Of a stretch of 64,000 bases of DNA, positions 13,970-26,500 are shown one piece after another (position 1 is the first letter of the stretch; every line of letters starts with the position of its first letter). The DNA lies in contig NC_086109.1 of assembly GCF_963921235.1 (NCBI RefSeq), positions 4,590,001 through 4,654,000 on the forward strand, in the 5' to 3' direction. Position numbers and translations under genes: made by a program. Source of the stretch: Mobula hypostoma. Lineage: Eukaryota. The notes beneath the pieces were generated by a model. It was given only the letters and a program-made list of their open reading frames with translations, did not search any database and was not told where the DNA came from.

Positions 13970-14849
13970 TATGCTGGTGGTGCTTTGGTTAGATTACTGA
14001 CTCCGCTAGAGACCATGGCTCAAACCATCCATGGCTACTGTGGAATGTCAATTCAGTTCATGGTGTGGATTTAGGAAAAATTGGTCACAGTGGCACAGAC
14101 CACAATTGCCCTTGAACCAATCAGCTTCAATAATATTCTTCAGGGGTGAAGTATTTTACAAATCTGGTCAAGATAGCACCAGCAAACGATTCCTTAGGCA
14201 ATGTCTTCCAGAGAGCCAATCTCTCAATTATTGCATTTTTTCTACACTTTCTGCTTGTTCTTTTTGTCTTGATTGTGTTACGGAACCTGCTGGAGCCTGT
14301 GCCATGCAGTTTGGAATTCGATCAAACGATCAGATACCGTTGAGCATGAGGAGAGCTGCCTTATGGAGAAGACCAGAAGCAGGGTCCCGAATAGGACCAG
14401 AACACGAGCTGACTCGTAGAAAAGATGTGGAACCTTTGGAGAGGGCGCAGCAGAGATTTACCAGGATGCTGCCTGGTTTAGAGGGCATGTACTATGAAGA
14501 GTCACACACGAAATGCTGGAAGAACTCAGCAGGTCAGGCAGCACTATGGAAGAGAGTGAACAGTCAACGTTTCAGGCTGAGACCCTTCTCCGAAGAGGTC
14601 TTTTATGAGAAGACAAATATCAGAGTTGTATCATACACACATACTTTGACAATAAAACAAACCTTTTTGAAGCATGCTGTCCATACCCAGCCTGACGAAC
14701 GCAAGTCTCTAAATTCACCCTGTGTGGTTGCCCATTACAGCCAATGAACTGGCATTGTGATCCCCTGAATTATAGCTGGACACCATCACACTTTCAACAG
14801 GGAAGGCCACCTCAGGTTTCTAGGATCTGGCCACCAGGGCGAAATCCCA

Positions 14850-17576
14850 ATTAGAACAGTGATGACTGGTTTATTGTTCAAATGAGCAGCCTGCAACAAA
14901 GGTAACCATTGGGCAGCATAAAAGATGGAGGAGAGAGAAATTAAAAAGTGCAATGATTTTATTAACATGAGCAGTTGAGATAGCAGCACTTTGAAACTCT
15001 ATTTAACGTTTGGACATTAGATCCAAAGCTGAACAGGTTCCTTTAGACAAAAATAAGTTAATCAATTTTCACTGTACTTTGAAAGTTAAGCTGACAACTG
15101 GGTGGTACTTTGAGATTCAGAACTTACTAAGTCTTCGACAATAGGTCTGTTTTATAGTATACATGACCTTGAAAAGCACTGCAAAATAAACAAGTAGGCA
15201 CCATGTTCTAAAGTGAAGAGCAACAGGATGAGCCCTGCCCATCAAAAACAAAAATATTCTAACAGCGGATACAAGATGCTACTGTATCTTTCGCACTGGG
15301 ACCGTGAACTTAGTGAACAGACGTGTTGAGTACATTCAAAAGTATATGGCAGCTTCAACCATAATTTTACTAATAAATAATATCAGGCATGTAATAAAAA
15401 CACCAAATTTTAAGTATAAGTTTCCAATATAACTTACGTGCAAGAATCCTGTTGCACTTCATTTGGTTTACAATTATAAAGTGAAAAATTAAATCACAAG
15501 CCAAGAGCAATTCTATTGCATCTTGGAACTTCTAAATAAGTAAGGCCACAATGTGCAATATTTGCACAATAAACTAGATCTTTAATCCACTATGGACAAA
15601 ACTTTAAATGCTCTTGTTATCTGTGCGACTCCCATCCGTTCACCAATTAAAACTGACAGGATTTGTCACCCAAGCTCTGATTTCATCTGAAATTTTCCCT
15701 CCAGCCTAGTGTAATGTCTAGTCTGGCCTCAACCCTCCTCCCGGCAGGTGTTCCCTTACTGGATCTTTAGCTCTGTCTCAAACTTTATGCCTCTAAACTC
15801 CCACTCTGTTCCAGCTTCCTCACAACTCTCCATCTTTAATTTTCCTCAATCCTCGGCTTGTACAAATCCAGAAGTTAACCTGCACCCAGTGTTAGCAATC
15901 AATAAAACCAATTGAAACAGACAGAATGATATAAAGACATGTTATCAGGGAGTGCTACATTCTACACCTGCAGCTTATAAAAGATATTATTACATATACA
16001 ACACAAATTAATTTATACTGCCTTACTGCGTAGTCAATTGGCAAGAATTTCGAGCACCTTTACAATTTTCCTAAAAAAAAGCCAGTCTGCATAAAGAGCA
16101 AATAGTACGTCTCTAAAGTTATTTCTGATAAGTGCTCTTCATTTCAACATCGTTAAGGTGCTGCCTCGTGGCTCTGTGAAGCTCCTGTACCACAGAAAAG
16201 TCCCACAGGTACCTGCACCAATTTCAAATTTCTACATCTCATTCAAAATCAGAACATAAACATCTAATCAGCAAAGATACAAGTGCCAATTAATAATAAT
16301 AGTGAGCGAACAGTGATATCAACTCCTCCACGGACAGTCCCAACCCCGGCTAGCAACCGCTTCCCATTCAAACCCAGAGCCACAGAAACACCACCAGAAG
16401 CTACAAAGGCCTCATCCCTGGGAGAGCGAGGATCTTCCCCTAGAAGATGGGCCACACCTGGGGACAATTGGAAAGATGTGCACAGAACAGAGGACCCTGG
16501 TGAGCAGCTGTCAGAGGCCTGTGTCCCAGTAGGGGTGAAGGGTTTAAGTAAGAATGGTGGTCTCACATCGGGTGGCATGGGAAAATTCCGGCCTCTTCTA
16601 CGAAGGACAGCGGTTCAGTTGCACCACTCAAGCAACCACCTACTTGTTCGCATTGTTCAGAACTGCATGCCTTTGCAGGGGCAATTCTACTCCAGCATTA
16701 GTAGTGGCATATAGACTAACAATGCTTTGCCAGGAGCATCTTGGAAGCAGCACACAGGAAAGAGAAAGAAATCTGCCTTTTGTGCTAAATTGGCAAAGAG
16801 CAAGTTACAGTCCTGCTGTGCAGGACTTCAGTGAAATTAATCAGAAGTTCTAATTAAGTTATAAAAACACAAGGTGACTTTTTTTGAAGCATTTGTTTTT
16901 TTTTGCACCTTTGATGGTGGAATGGTTTCGAACAAAATGTAATTAACCTCAGTAAAGTGGTTTATTACCAATGTCACTATCACCTGCCCAGATGTTTAAA
17001 ACAGGTTGTTGGAAAAAACTGAGATCATCTGAACAAGAATACTCTGGCACTGGTTTTGTGACTTCAAAAGCACCCACAAATTGAAAAATCAGATTTAAAT
17101 ATTAAATAGCACTCAAACACAATTAACAGACCCAATAATTATCTTCATCTGGACAAATCTATATCAATTATGAATTTAGAACTACCATGAAACAATTATA
17201 CAACTTGGATCCTCCAGTAGATACTGGAATCAGCTACCCTCTACCTTCCAAATGGGAAATGTTTTCAAGGAAATATAATTACAAAATAAAAAGATTATCT
17301 ATGTAATTTCTTTACAACTGATCTAAAGTTTCATAAACATTCCTTTGCAAGAATGGGAACATTTCCATTTGGTCTGCTACTTTGCAACTTCGTTCAGCTG
17401 GCACACAGTTTTGACTGAATATTCTCATCCTTTTTTTTTAAAACACCATTAAGGGAATGCAGAGGATTCAGCAGGATTTGCATAATCGAATGTCTATATG
17501 GGATACACTTGTTCAACACAGCAGAAGCTGCAGTTCCACACCTCTGCCATGATTAATCAAATTCAAAATGATAACT
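14850..17576 (-). other. Probable 3' UTR of the CD46-like gene with candidate AATAAA signals
   Basis: ~2.7 kb of mostly AT-rich, repeat-poor sequence after the stop; minus-strand AATAAA at 16961-16966, 14958-14963 and 14870-14875. Confidence 0.5.
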
Positions 17577-17589
17577 TCATAGTACTGAT
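17577..17589 (-). CDS. Terminal coding exon segment (RSVL-stop)
   Basis: Strong acceptor ctaattgtttttctttccttctacag, then A TCA GTA CTA TGA in phase 2, followed by long repeat-poor sequence. Confidence 0.7.
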
Positions 17590-20500
17590 CTGTAGAAGGA
17601 AAGAAAAACAATTAGAAGTGTGTAATGTAGTGTAGAAAGAGTTTAGTTAAGAAGTAGCTTTCAAAAGTCTAAGTGGAGATGTGATAGGGATTTATAAGAT
17701 CATGAGAGACAAAAATAGAGAACACAGACAGCTTCTTTTCCCCAGGGTTGAAATGTCTAATACTGTACCAGTAAGAATACGTTTATCCATGGATCCCAGG
17801 TTGGGGACCCCTGATTTAGGGTAAGAGAGTAATCTCAAAGGACGTGTGTGGGACAAGATTTTTTTAAAAACACAGTGGTGGGTGCCTAGAATGTGCTACC
17901 TGGGATGGTGGTTGTGGCAGATAATTTTAAGAGATGTTTAGAAGGCACAAGAATGTGAGAACAATGGAGGGATATTGAAATTGTGTAGGCAGATGGGAAT
18001 AATTTAGTCGATCATTGATTACACTCTGCAGTTGCAGTCTGAAGAGTTAAGTTTAATGTAATCTATGAAATCCTGAAGTTGCTGAGGACTTCATTCCTTA
18101 GAACACAAGAAAATGAGGGGTGAGTTATAGAATTATGAGAGGCATAGATGATGTGGATGGCAAGTCTTTCCCCCACTAACATAATTATTGTCACTTAGTT
18201 TTTTTATCATCATGTTTTGTAATGTACTACTGGAGCATAACAACAAATTTCAGAATCAGGTTTATTATCACCGGCATATGTCATGAAATTTGTTAACTTA
18301 GCAGCAGCAGTTCAATACAATATATAAGAAAGAAGAAAATAAAATAAAATAATGATAATAAATAAATAAATAAATAAATAAATTAGAGTTTACATACATT
18401 GAACAGATCAAAAACCGTGCAAAAAACAGAAATAATATACATTAACAAGGGCTCAACATCCATCCAGGAATCAAAACATATGTTGGTGATATTAAACCTG
18501 ATTCTGATGGAGTGGCAAGTATTTTTTAAAATACACACAATGGCAGGTGCTGAAACCCATCTCCATGAGTGGTGGTAGGAGCAGATACAATAGAAATGTT
18601 TAAGAGGCATTTAGTCACATGAACAGACAGGGAATGGAAGGACATGGGCCAAGTGCAGGCAGATTGCATTAGATTAGCATCATGGTTGGCATAGCTATTG
18701 TTCCATCTTCTAAACTTCTTATTTAACTAGTTATCCAGTTCGTAACCACCTTATGTTGCCTGCGACTTGAGCCAGAGAAAGGGTACTACACAGACTAAGA
18801 CTACTTTGTCACTGAGTCTGTGCCAGACAGGGCTTCCCAGTATAGGCCCACTTTCTAACACTGGGCTCACATCACTTCAGGATACACTTCCTCACATATA
18901 TATCCAAGTACTGTTTAGGTACGGCAAGTGCTTCTGCCCTATTACCTCTCCTGGTCACTACCGCCCTTTCAATGAAACTGGTTTTTCTTCATCTCCCCCT
19001 TTATGCTTGGCCGATTGGTCACTCTACCCAGACCCAATGTCACTTTGTGCACTTCAATCAAATATTCTCTCCATCTTCTTCATTCCAAAGAAATTAACCA
19101 TAAGACAAGGAAGAATTAGATCATCCAGCCCATCGAGTCTGCTCCACCATGTGAAAATGGCTGATTTATTATCCCCTCAATCCTATTCTCCTGCCTTTGG
19201 CACCCTTACTAATCAAGAACCTATCAACCTCCTCTCAAAATATACCAAACAACTTAGCCTGCACTGTCACTTGAAGCAATGGATTCTACGGTTTCACTAC
19301 CCTCTGGCTGAAGAAATTCCTCCTCATCTCTGCACTAATGGTCTGTCCTTGTACTCTGAGGCTGTTCCCTTTGGTCCTGAACTTCTCCACTATAGGAAAT
19401 ATCCTCTCCATGTCCACTCTCTTCAGGCTTTTCAATATTCGATCGCTACTCTTCTAAACTCCAGCAAGTACAGGCTCAGACCTATCAAATTCTCCTCACA
19501 TGTAAACCCTTTCATTCCCAGGATCATTCTTGTGAACCACCTCTGGATTCTCTGCAATGCCAGCACGTCCTTTCTTAGATAATGGACCCAATGCTGATGG
19601 AAATACTCCAACTGCAGTCTGATCAATACCTTATAAAACCTCAGCATTACATCCTTGCTTTAATATACTAGTCCTCTTGAAATGAATGCTAACACGGCAT
19701 TTGCCTTCCTCATCAGTCTCAACCTGCAAGTTAAACTTTAGGGAATCCTGCACGAGGACCCACTAGCCTATCCAAACGTTCAGAGTTTTTCCAGTGCTGG
19801 CAATATTCCACTTTTCACAACACCAGTTTTTTGAAGGACCCAAGACCTCAGCACACCAGAATGTTTCCTGTGGCCTTGGGACATTGGTCCGAGTGTATTA
19901 TCCTCAACCTCTGGATTAAGTCATCTTCCTGACCGGCAGGAAGCTGGCGGGGAGGAGATCAGTATTTACCAGTGTCATGTGAGGCCGTGGGAGGAGGTGG
20001 TGAACGGTTGTATGAACAGCGGGTGTATATCACAAATTCTGGTTCTGCATCCAGTGACACCAGGCAGAGAATCTATGAAGAGTACTGATATTGGATGGGG
20101 TCACCTGTCTTGTAAATACACCAACCAGAAGGCGACAATGGCTTCCGAGAAAAAATTTGCCAAGAACAATCATGGTCAAACACCATGATCGCCCAGTCGC
20201 TACATAATGATGATGATGATGATCAGACTACTAACTCTACACTGACTAACCTTCTTTGAACCAGTACTTTTAAATGCTTAAACTTTTCCCCAATCACTGC
20301 TGGAGATACAAAACTAAATACCTTTTTTTAAAAATTGAAGTCCATTACCTTGTCGTTTCGTCAGCTGCAAGGAGCTCCATCTGATTGGAAAGCGCCTCTC
20401 CTTTCTCAGGGTCTCTTTTCTCGTTTTTTGTCAGGCTAAAAAGAACACAAGAACCAAGGGACATGTGAAATCCACCATTCAACCTTTCAAACAAGCTCTG

Positions 20501-23500
20501 CCAAAAATGATATAGTGTTGTCCCAGCATATATGATGAATAAACTCTTCTTGGGTTTCCTCTCGTCCTCTGTTCCTCCCGATTGGTTTGTCCTCATCCAA
20601 ACAGGTTTCCCCTGTCCCACCTCGTTTACAATCAAATTACAGTCCTTACTTAGGGCAACACCTTTGTCTTTGTTAAAATTCTTGTTCTCCAGTTTTATTT
20701 CACTAGTTTCCTTCACCAGGCAGTCCCAAAAGTCACCATCGTAGCACAATAGTTTTGTGCTGAAATCAATCCTATAGACATTGCGAATATAGTGTTCTGC
20801 TACCACTGATTTCTCCAGCTAACCCAAACAGATACACCTCCTGTGCTCCTTAATATGGGTTTCCACCGTCTGGACGAAATACACTGCTCCACGTCCACAG
20901 GAAATCCTATAAACACTCTGTTACTTGCACACATTACTGCTGAACATTTGCCTCAATGACATTTTCCTATACTGGGAGAGCCGAGGACCAGAGAGCACAG
21001 CCTTCGAATACAAGGACTCCTCATCTCTGTCTCTTCAGGACAGAGATGGAGGAATTTCTTTAGCCAAAGTGGTGAAACTGTGGAATTCATTATCACAGGC
21101 ACCTGCAGAGGTGAAGTCATTGGTTAATACTTAAAATGGAGGCTGATAATTCCTTGATTAGTAAAAGAGCATCGAAGGTTACAGAGAGAATGGGGTTGAG
21201 AAGGAAGATCATCAGCCGTGATCAAGTACAGAGCAGACTAGATGGGTCGAATGGCTTTATTTTGCTCCCATGTCTTTGATCTTATTTTCCTTGATTCCGT
21301 TAATGGGCATTTCGAGCTAACTAAGGAGGTAGTGTCATAGAGCACCACAGTACTTTGGCCCATCTAGCCCGTGACAGCCCGTTTTCTGCCTCGTTCCATC
21401 CACCTGCACCTGGACCGCAGCCCTCCATGGCTCTCTCATCCATGTATCGACCCAACCTCTCTTCAATGTTGCAACTGAGTCTGCATCCATCATTTCCACT
21501 GGCAGCTGACTCCACACTAACACCACCCTGAGCGAAGAACTTCCCCCTCAGGTTCCTCTTAAATACTTCACCTTTCACCCTAAAACTATGACCTCTAGCT
21601 CTAGTCTCACCCAACCTCAGCATTTACCCTAATTCTACTCCTCATACTTTTTGTAAGCCTCTATCTAATCTCCCCTCATTCTTACACTCCGGGAAATAAA
21701 GTCCGACTAACCTATTCAACTTTTCCCTATAACTCATGTCAAGTCCCAGCAACGTTCTTGTAAGTAGCAACATTCTTGTAAATTTTCTCTCAACTCCTTC
21801 AGTCCTATTGATATTTTTCCTGTTTTTCTGAAACTGCACAAAATAATCCAAATTTGGCCTCACCAATATTTTATATAACTTCAACATAACATCCCAAATT
21901 CTGCACTCAATTCTTTAATTTATAAAGCCCTATGTGCCGTAAAGCTCTCTTTATAGCCCTATGCAGGACTTGAAGAGATTATGGATCTATATTTCCAGAT
22001 CCCCCTGTCTTACTGCACAGCTCAGTGGCTTACCATTCACTGTGCAATGTCTGCCCTGGTTTGTCCTCATCAGGTGCAACACCTCATACTTGTCCGCATT
22101 AAGTGCCATCTGCCATCTTTCAGATCAGTTTTCAAGCTGGCATAGATCCCGCTGCAAGCTTTTAATGACCTTCCTTCCCGTCCACTACACCCGCAATTGT
22201 GGCGTTATCGCAAATTTGTTAATTCAGTTTATCACATCATCTAAATTATTAACATAGTTGATAAACAAGAGGACCTAGAACTGGTTCCTGACATGTTGAC
22301 CATCCCTAATCACACCTTGTCTTTCCATATACTTACATATCCTGTCCCCCAAAATATTTTCCAATAATTTACCCACAACTGACATCAGGCTCATGGATTG
22401 GGTCTCTTAAAGAACATTAAGGTGGATAAGACCCCTTGCATCTGATGGGATATATCCCAGGGTAGTGAGGCAGGCAAGAGATGAGATTGTTGGGGCCTTG
22501 ACAAATATCCTCCTGTACTCTCCAACCACAGCTGAGGTCCCAGAAGACTGAAAAGTAGCTAATGTTGCTTCATTATTTGAGAAATAGTTATAATCCTGGA
22601 AACTATAGATTCACGTTAGTGGTAGGGAAGTTACTGGAGAGCACTTTTAGAGATAGGATTTGTGAGAATTTGGAAAACCATTGCCTAATTAGGACAAGGT
22701 GCTACGAACTTGATAGGGTTTTTGAGGAGATAACAAGTGATTGATGAAGGTAGAATTGTGGATGCTATTTAAGTGGATTTTGGTAAGGTGTTTGCACAAG
22801 GTCTCTCATGAGAGGCTCATTCAGAATCAGGATTAATATCACTGGCATATATTGTGAACTTTGTTGACTTTGACTATAAATTGCAATACATAATAATAGC
22901 AAAAAACCATCAATTAAAGTGTGTATGCATGAGTGTTCTTGCATACGAGCTGGATGAAAACACACGTGGGTGGGTATGTAAGTTTGCAAATGATTTGAAG
23001 ACTGGTTGTGCCGACAGTGTAGAAGACTGTCAAATGATAGTGGGATATAGATCAGCTACAGATATGGGCAGAGAAATAGCAGATAAATGAGGAGTGTTTC
23101 ACCTTGGGAGTTTACATTTAATAATGGCAAGGCCATTATAGAGGAGTAGAGGGATATTGGGTTCATAACTCCCTGAAAGTGTCGACACAGGTTGACAGTG
23201 ATGAAGAAAGCAGACAGCATGCTTATTTTTATTAATCAAGGAATGGAATCAGGAAGTTATGTTGCAGCCTTATTGAACTCATAAGACTGCATCTGGAGTA
23301 TTGCATTCAGATCTGGTCACCCCATTATAGGATGTCGAGGCTTTGGAGAGGGTGCAGAAGAGGCTCACCAGGATGCAGCTTGGATTAGAGGGCATGTACT
23401 ATCAGGAGAGTTTGGACAAACTTTGGTTGTTTTCTCTGGAGCAGCGTGCTTGAGGGGAGATCCCATAGAGAGTTATAAGATGAAGCATAGATAGAAAAGG

Positions 23501-26500
23501 TAAGACAGTATCTTTCGCTCAGGGTCAACAGCTCTAAAACTAGAGCACATACTTCTAAAGTGAGAAGGGACAAGGGGAAAGGACATGTGCAGGGGGCAAT
23601 TTTTTTTTTACCACCCAGATAGTCATAAGTGCCTGGGATGGAGGCGAGGTGAATACAATGGAGGCAATCAAGAGGTTCCAGATCAGCACATGAACATGCA
23701 GGAAAGGAAAGAACATGGACATTGTGGACAGGAGGGTTTGTTCCTGTGCCTATGTTAGATGTAACCCAGGGCTCTCTAGTCTCTACTCAAAAGGGAGGTC
23801 ATTCAGCAGAGAAAATGTTTAACCCAGAGAGTGGCAGATAACCCAAATGAAAGTCTTTACCCAAGAGGACTGCGGAGTCTCAATCTCCAAACATGCCCAT
23901 GTCCATCATGTACATATTTGAATATTAGGAGCCTCATTACCTGCAGAAAATATTCTCAAACTACTCCTTTTTCAAATGGGGTTGCTTAACACAAAGAGAG
24001 GGGAGTGGCTTGCACGTCCACTGTAGAATTCACCAAGGACACTGAACATTGTAGTCAGGATTGACTTTGACCCTGTAGAGAATCAGGAGGGTGATGGTGC
24101 TGAGCTTTAATATGTCAAATGATGGGAGAACACAAGGTCTCATCATAGCTTAAGTTAATTATGTGTGCAAGATGTCCAGTTATGTTGATCAGAGTGCACA
24201 ACAACGTGTGGACAATCATATCAATTCAAAGATTTTTCAAGTATCAAAACAGATTCAGACTCCCAGATCCAATTCTCCTTTAGGTAAATCTGAATGGAAT
24301 TTTCAGCAGACAATTGTATCATTAAAAAGAGTGGACTGTGGTGAATTTAGAGCACGAGATAGAATTCAGCATCTAAAAAATAAATCAATAAAATATAAAA
24401 CACAACTTACCTTCCATGGTTGCAATATCTCTTGTATATATATCCTATCACGATGAGTATAACAACAACTAGAGCAAGTAACGCTATAAAAGAAGATTAA
24501 ACACAATGTTAGATTGGCATTATCAGTAAAGACTTGGACAGACAATTCAACTCTCACCTCAGTAGCTGTGAGAGGTAATTTGAGCATTTGCCAAGTCTGA
24601 CAACAAATCATAACTCTCCTGTCTCTTTGCTTGAAGGGGAACCACCAATTTCTCTCGTTAACCACATTAGCCAAAGTGCCTTGTCCATGAGTCTCATTGC
24701 AATAGCTATACAGCACAGAAATGGGTCCCCAGCCCCACCTGTCCATGCCGAACAAAGTGCCAACCTGAGCTAATCCCATTTGCCAAAGTGTGGCCCATAG
24801 CAATACAAACATCTCTCATGTATGCACATGTTCAAAGGTAATTGTAGCTGCCTCAGTCAGGTATAATCCTCTAGCAGCTCAGTCTGTATACCCACAAGCC
24901 TCTGTGTATAAAAGTTGCCCCTCAGGTCCCCTTGAAAACTTTCTCCTCTCGTCATAAAGCTATGTCCCCTAGTTTTAGACTAACATAAACCATGAATATA
25001 AATTGGGACCTAATCTATGTGCCTCATGATTTTATAAATTTCTGCCTCCTCTTCTCCAGGGAAAACAGTCCCAGCCTATCCAGTCTCTCCTTATAAATGA
25101 ACTTCTCCAGTTCATGCAACACACTTGCAAATCTTTCCTTCACCTTCTCTAGGTTAATCACATCTTTCCTACGGTAGGATGACTAGAACTGCACACAATA
25201 CTCCAGGTGTAGTCTCACCAACATCCCTGTATAGCTGTAACATGATATCCCAGATCTTGTACTTAATGCACCTATCGATGAAGGCAAGAATGCCATATGC
25301 TCTCTTCCAATTACATCACAGAACTTTGCAGTTGTACTCCTCAAAATCCACAGCTCCCAAAAGTGGCTACACAAGGGGACAGGGTGGTAAAGGCAACATA
25401 CGGCATGCTTACCTTCACCTGTTCAGACATTTGAGTACAAAACAAGTCATGTTTCACCGGTCTAGAACTTACACTTAGGCCATATTTTAAACATAGAACA
25501 GTACAGCACAGGAACAGGCCCTTTGGCCCACAATTTTGTGCTGAACCATTAAAATTAGTAATCAAATGGCTAACCAAACTAATCCCTTCTGCATATACAA
25601 TAACCATATACCACAATTTCTTCACATTCATGTGCTTACCTAAATCCCCAATGTTTCTGCCTCTACCACCACCCAAGGCAGCCACCAAAAAACTTGTGTA
25701 AAAGACTTGGCTCTCACATCTCCTTTAAAATTTACCCCTCTCGTCTTAAGAGCATGCCCTCTGGTATCAGCCCTGGGAGAAAGATAATGACTGTCTACTC
25801 TATCTTTACCTCTCAAACCTCTATCAGATCTCCCCCTCAACCTCCACCACCTCAAACAAAACAGCCCAAGTTTGTCCAACCTCTCACTTCAGCTCAAACC
25901 CTCTAATCCAGGCAGCATCCTGGTAAATCTCTTCTGCCCCCTCTCAAACCTCGATATCCTTCCTACAACCGTTTGTATAATCGGGTGTCCATAAATGTAT
26001 GCATTACACCAGTGGCGGCCTAACTAGAGTTTTCTAAAGCTGCAACATAACTTCCTGACTTTTGACCTCAATGCCTCGACTAATAAAGGCGAGCATGTCA
26101 AGTCCCTTCTTAACTATCCTAACAACCTGCACAGCCACTCTCAGAGAGCTATGAACTTGACGGAAGGTCCCGATGGAGTACCTGGTAAGGCTCTGAAAAC
26201 CTGTGCCAACCAACTGGCGGGAGTATTCAAGGACATTTTCAACCTCTCACTGCTAAGGGCAGAAGTTCCCACTTGCTTCAAAAAGGCGACAATTATACCA
26301 GTGCCTAAGAAAAATAATGTGAGCTGCCTTAATGACTATCGCCCAGTAGCACTCACATCTACAGTGATGAAATGCTTTGAGAAACTGATCATGACTAGAC
26401 TGAACTCCTGACTCAGCAAGGACTTGGACCCATTGCAGTTTACCTATCGCCACAATAGGTCAATGGCAGATACAATCTGAATGGCTATTCACATGGCTTT

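Noticed and set aside
14031..14747. 238-aa plus-strand ORF
   Set aside because: Chimeric read-through of unique DNA, a CR1 fragment ([15 protein letters not shown]) and a Penelope-type end.
16283..16853. 143-aa and 99-aa plus-strand ORFs
   Set aside because: No recognisable domain or splice context; they lie antisense within the probable 3' UTR.
18767..19582. 271-aa plus-strand ORF
   Set aside because: Largely the antisense frame of a CR1 fragment; no coding signature.
20345..20806. 153-aa ORF as a single gene
   Set aside because: The N-terminal part is Penelope debris; only 20349-20435, behind a good acceptor, fits the host gene.
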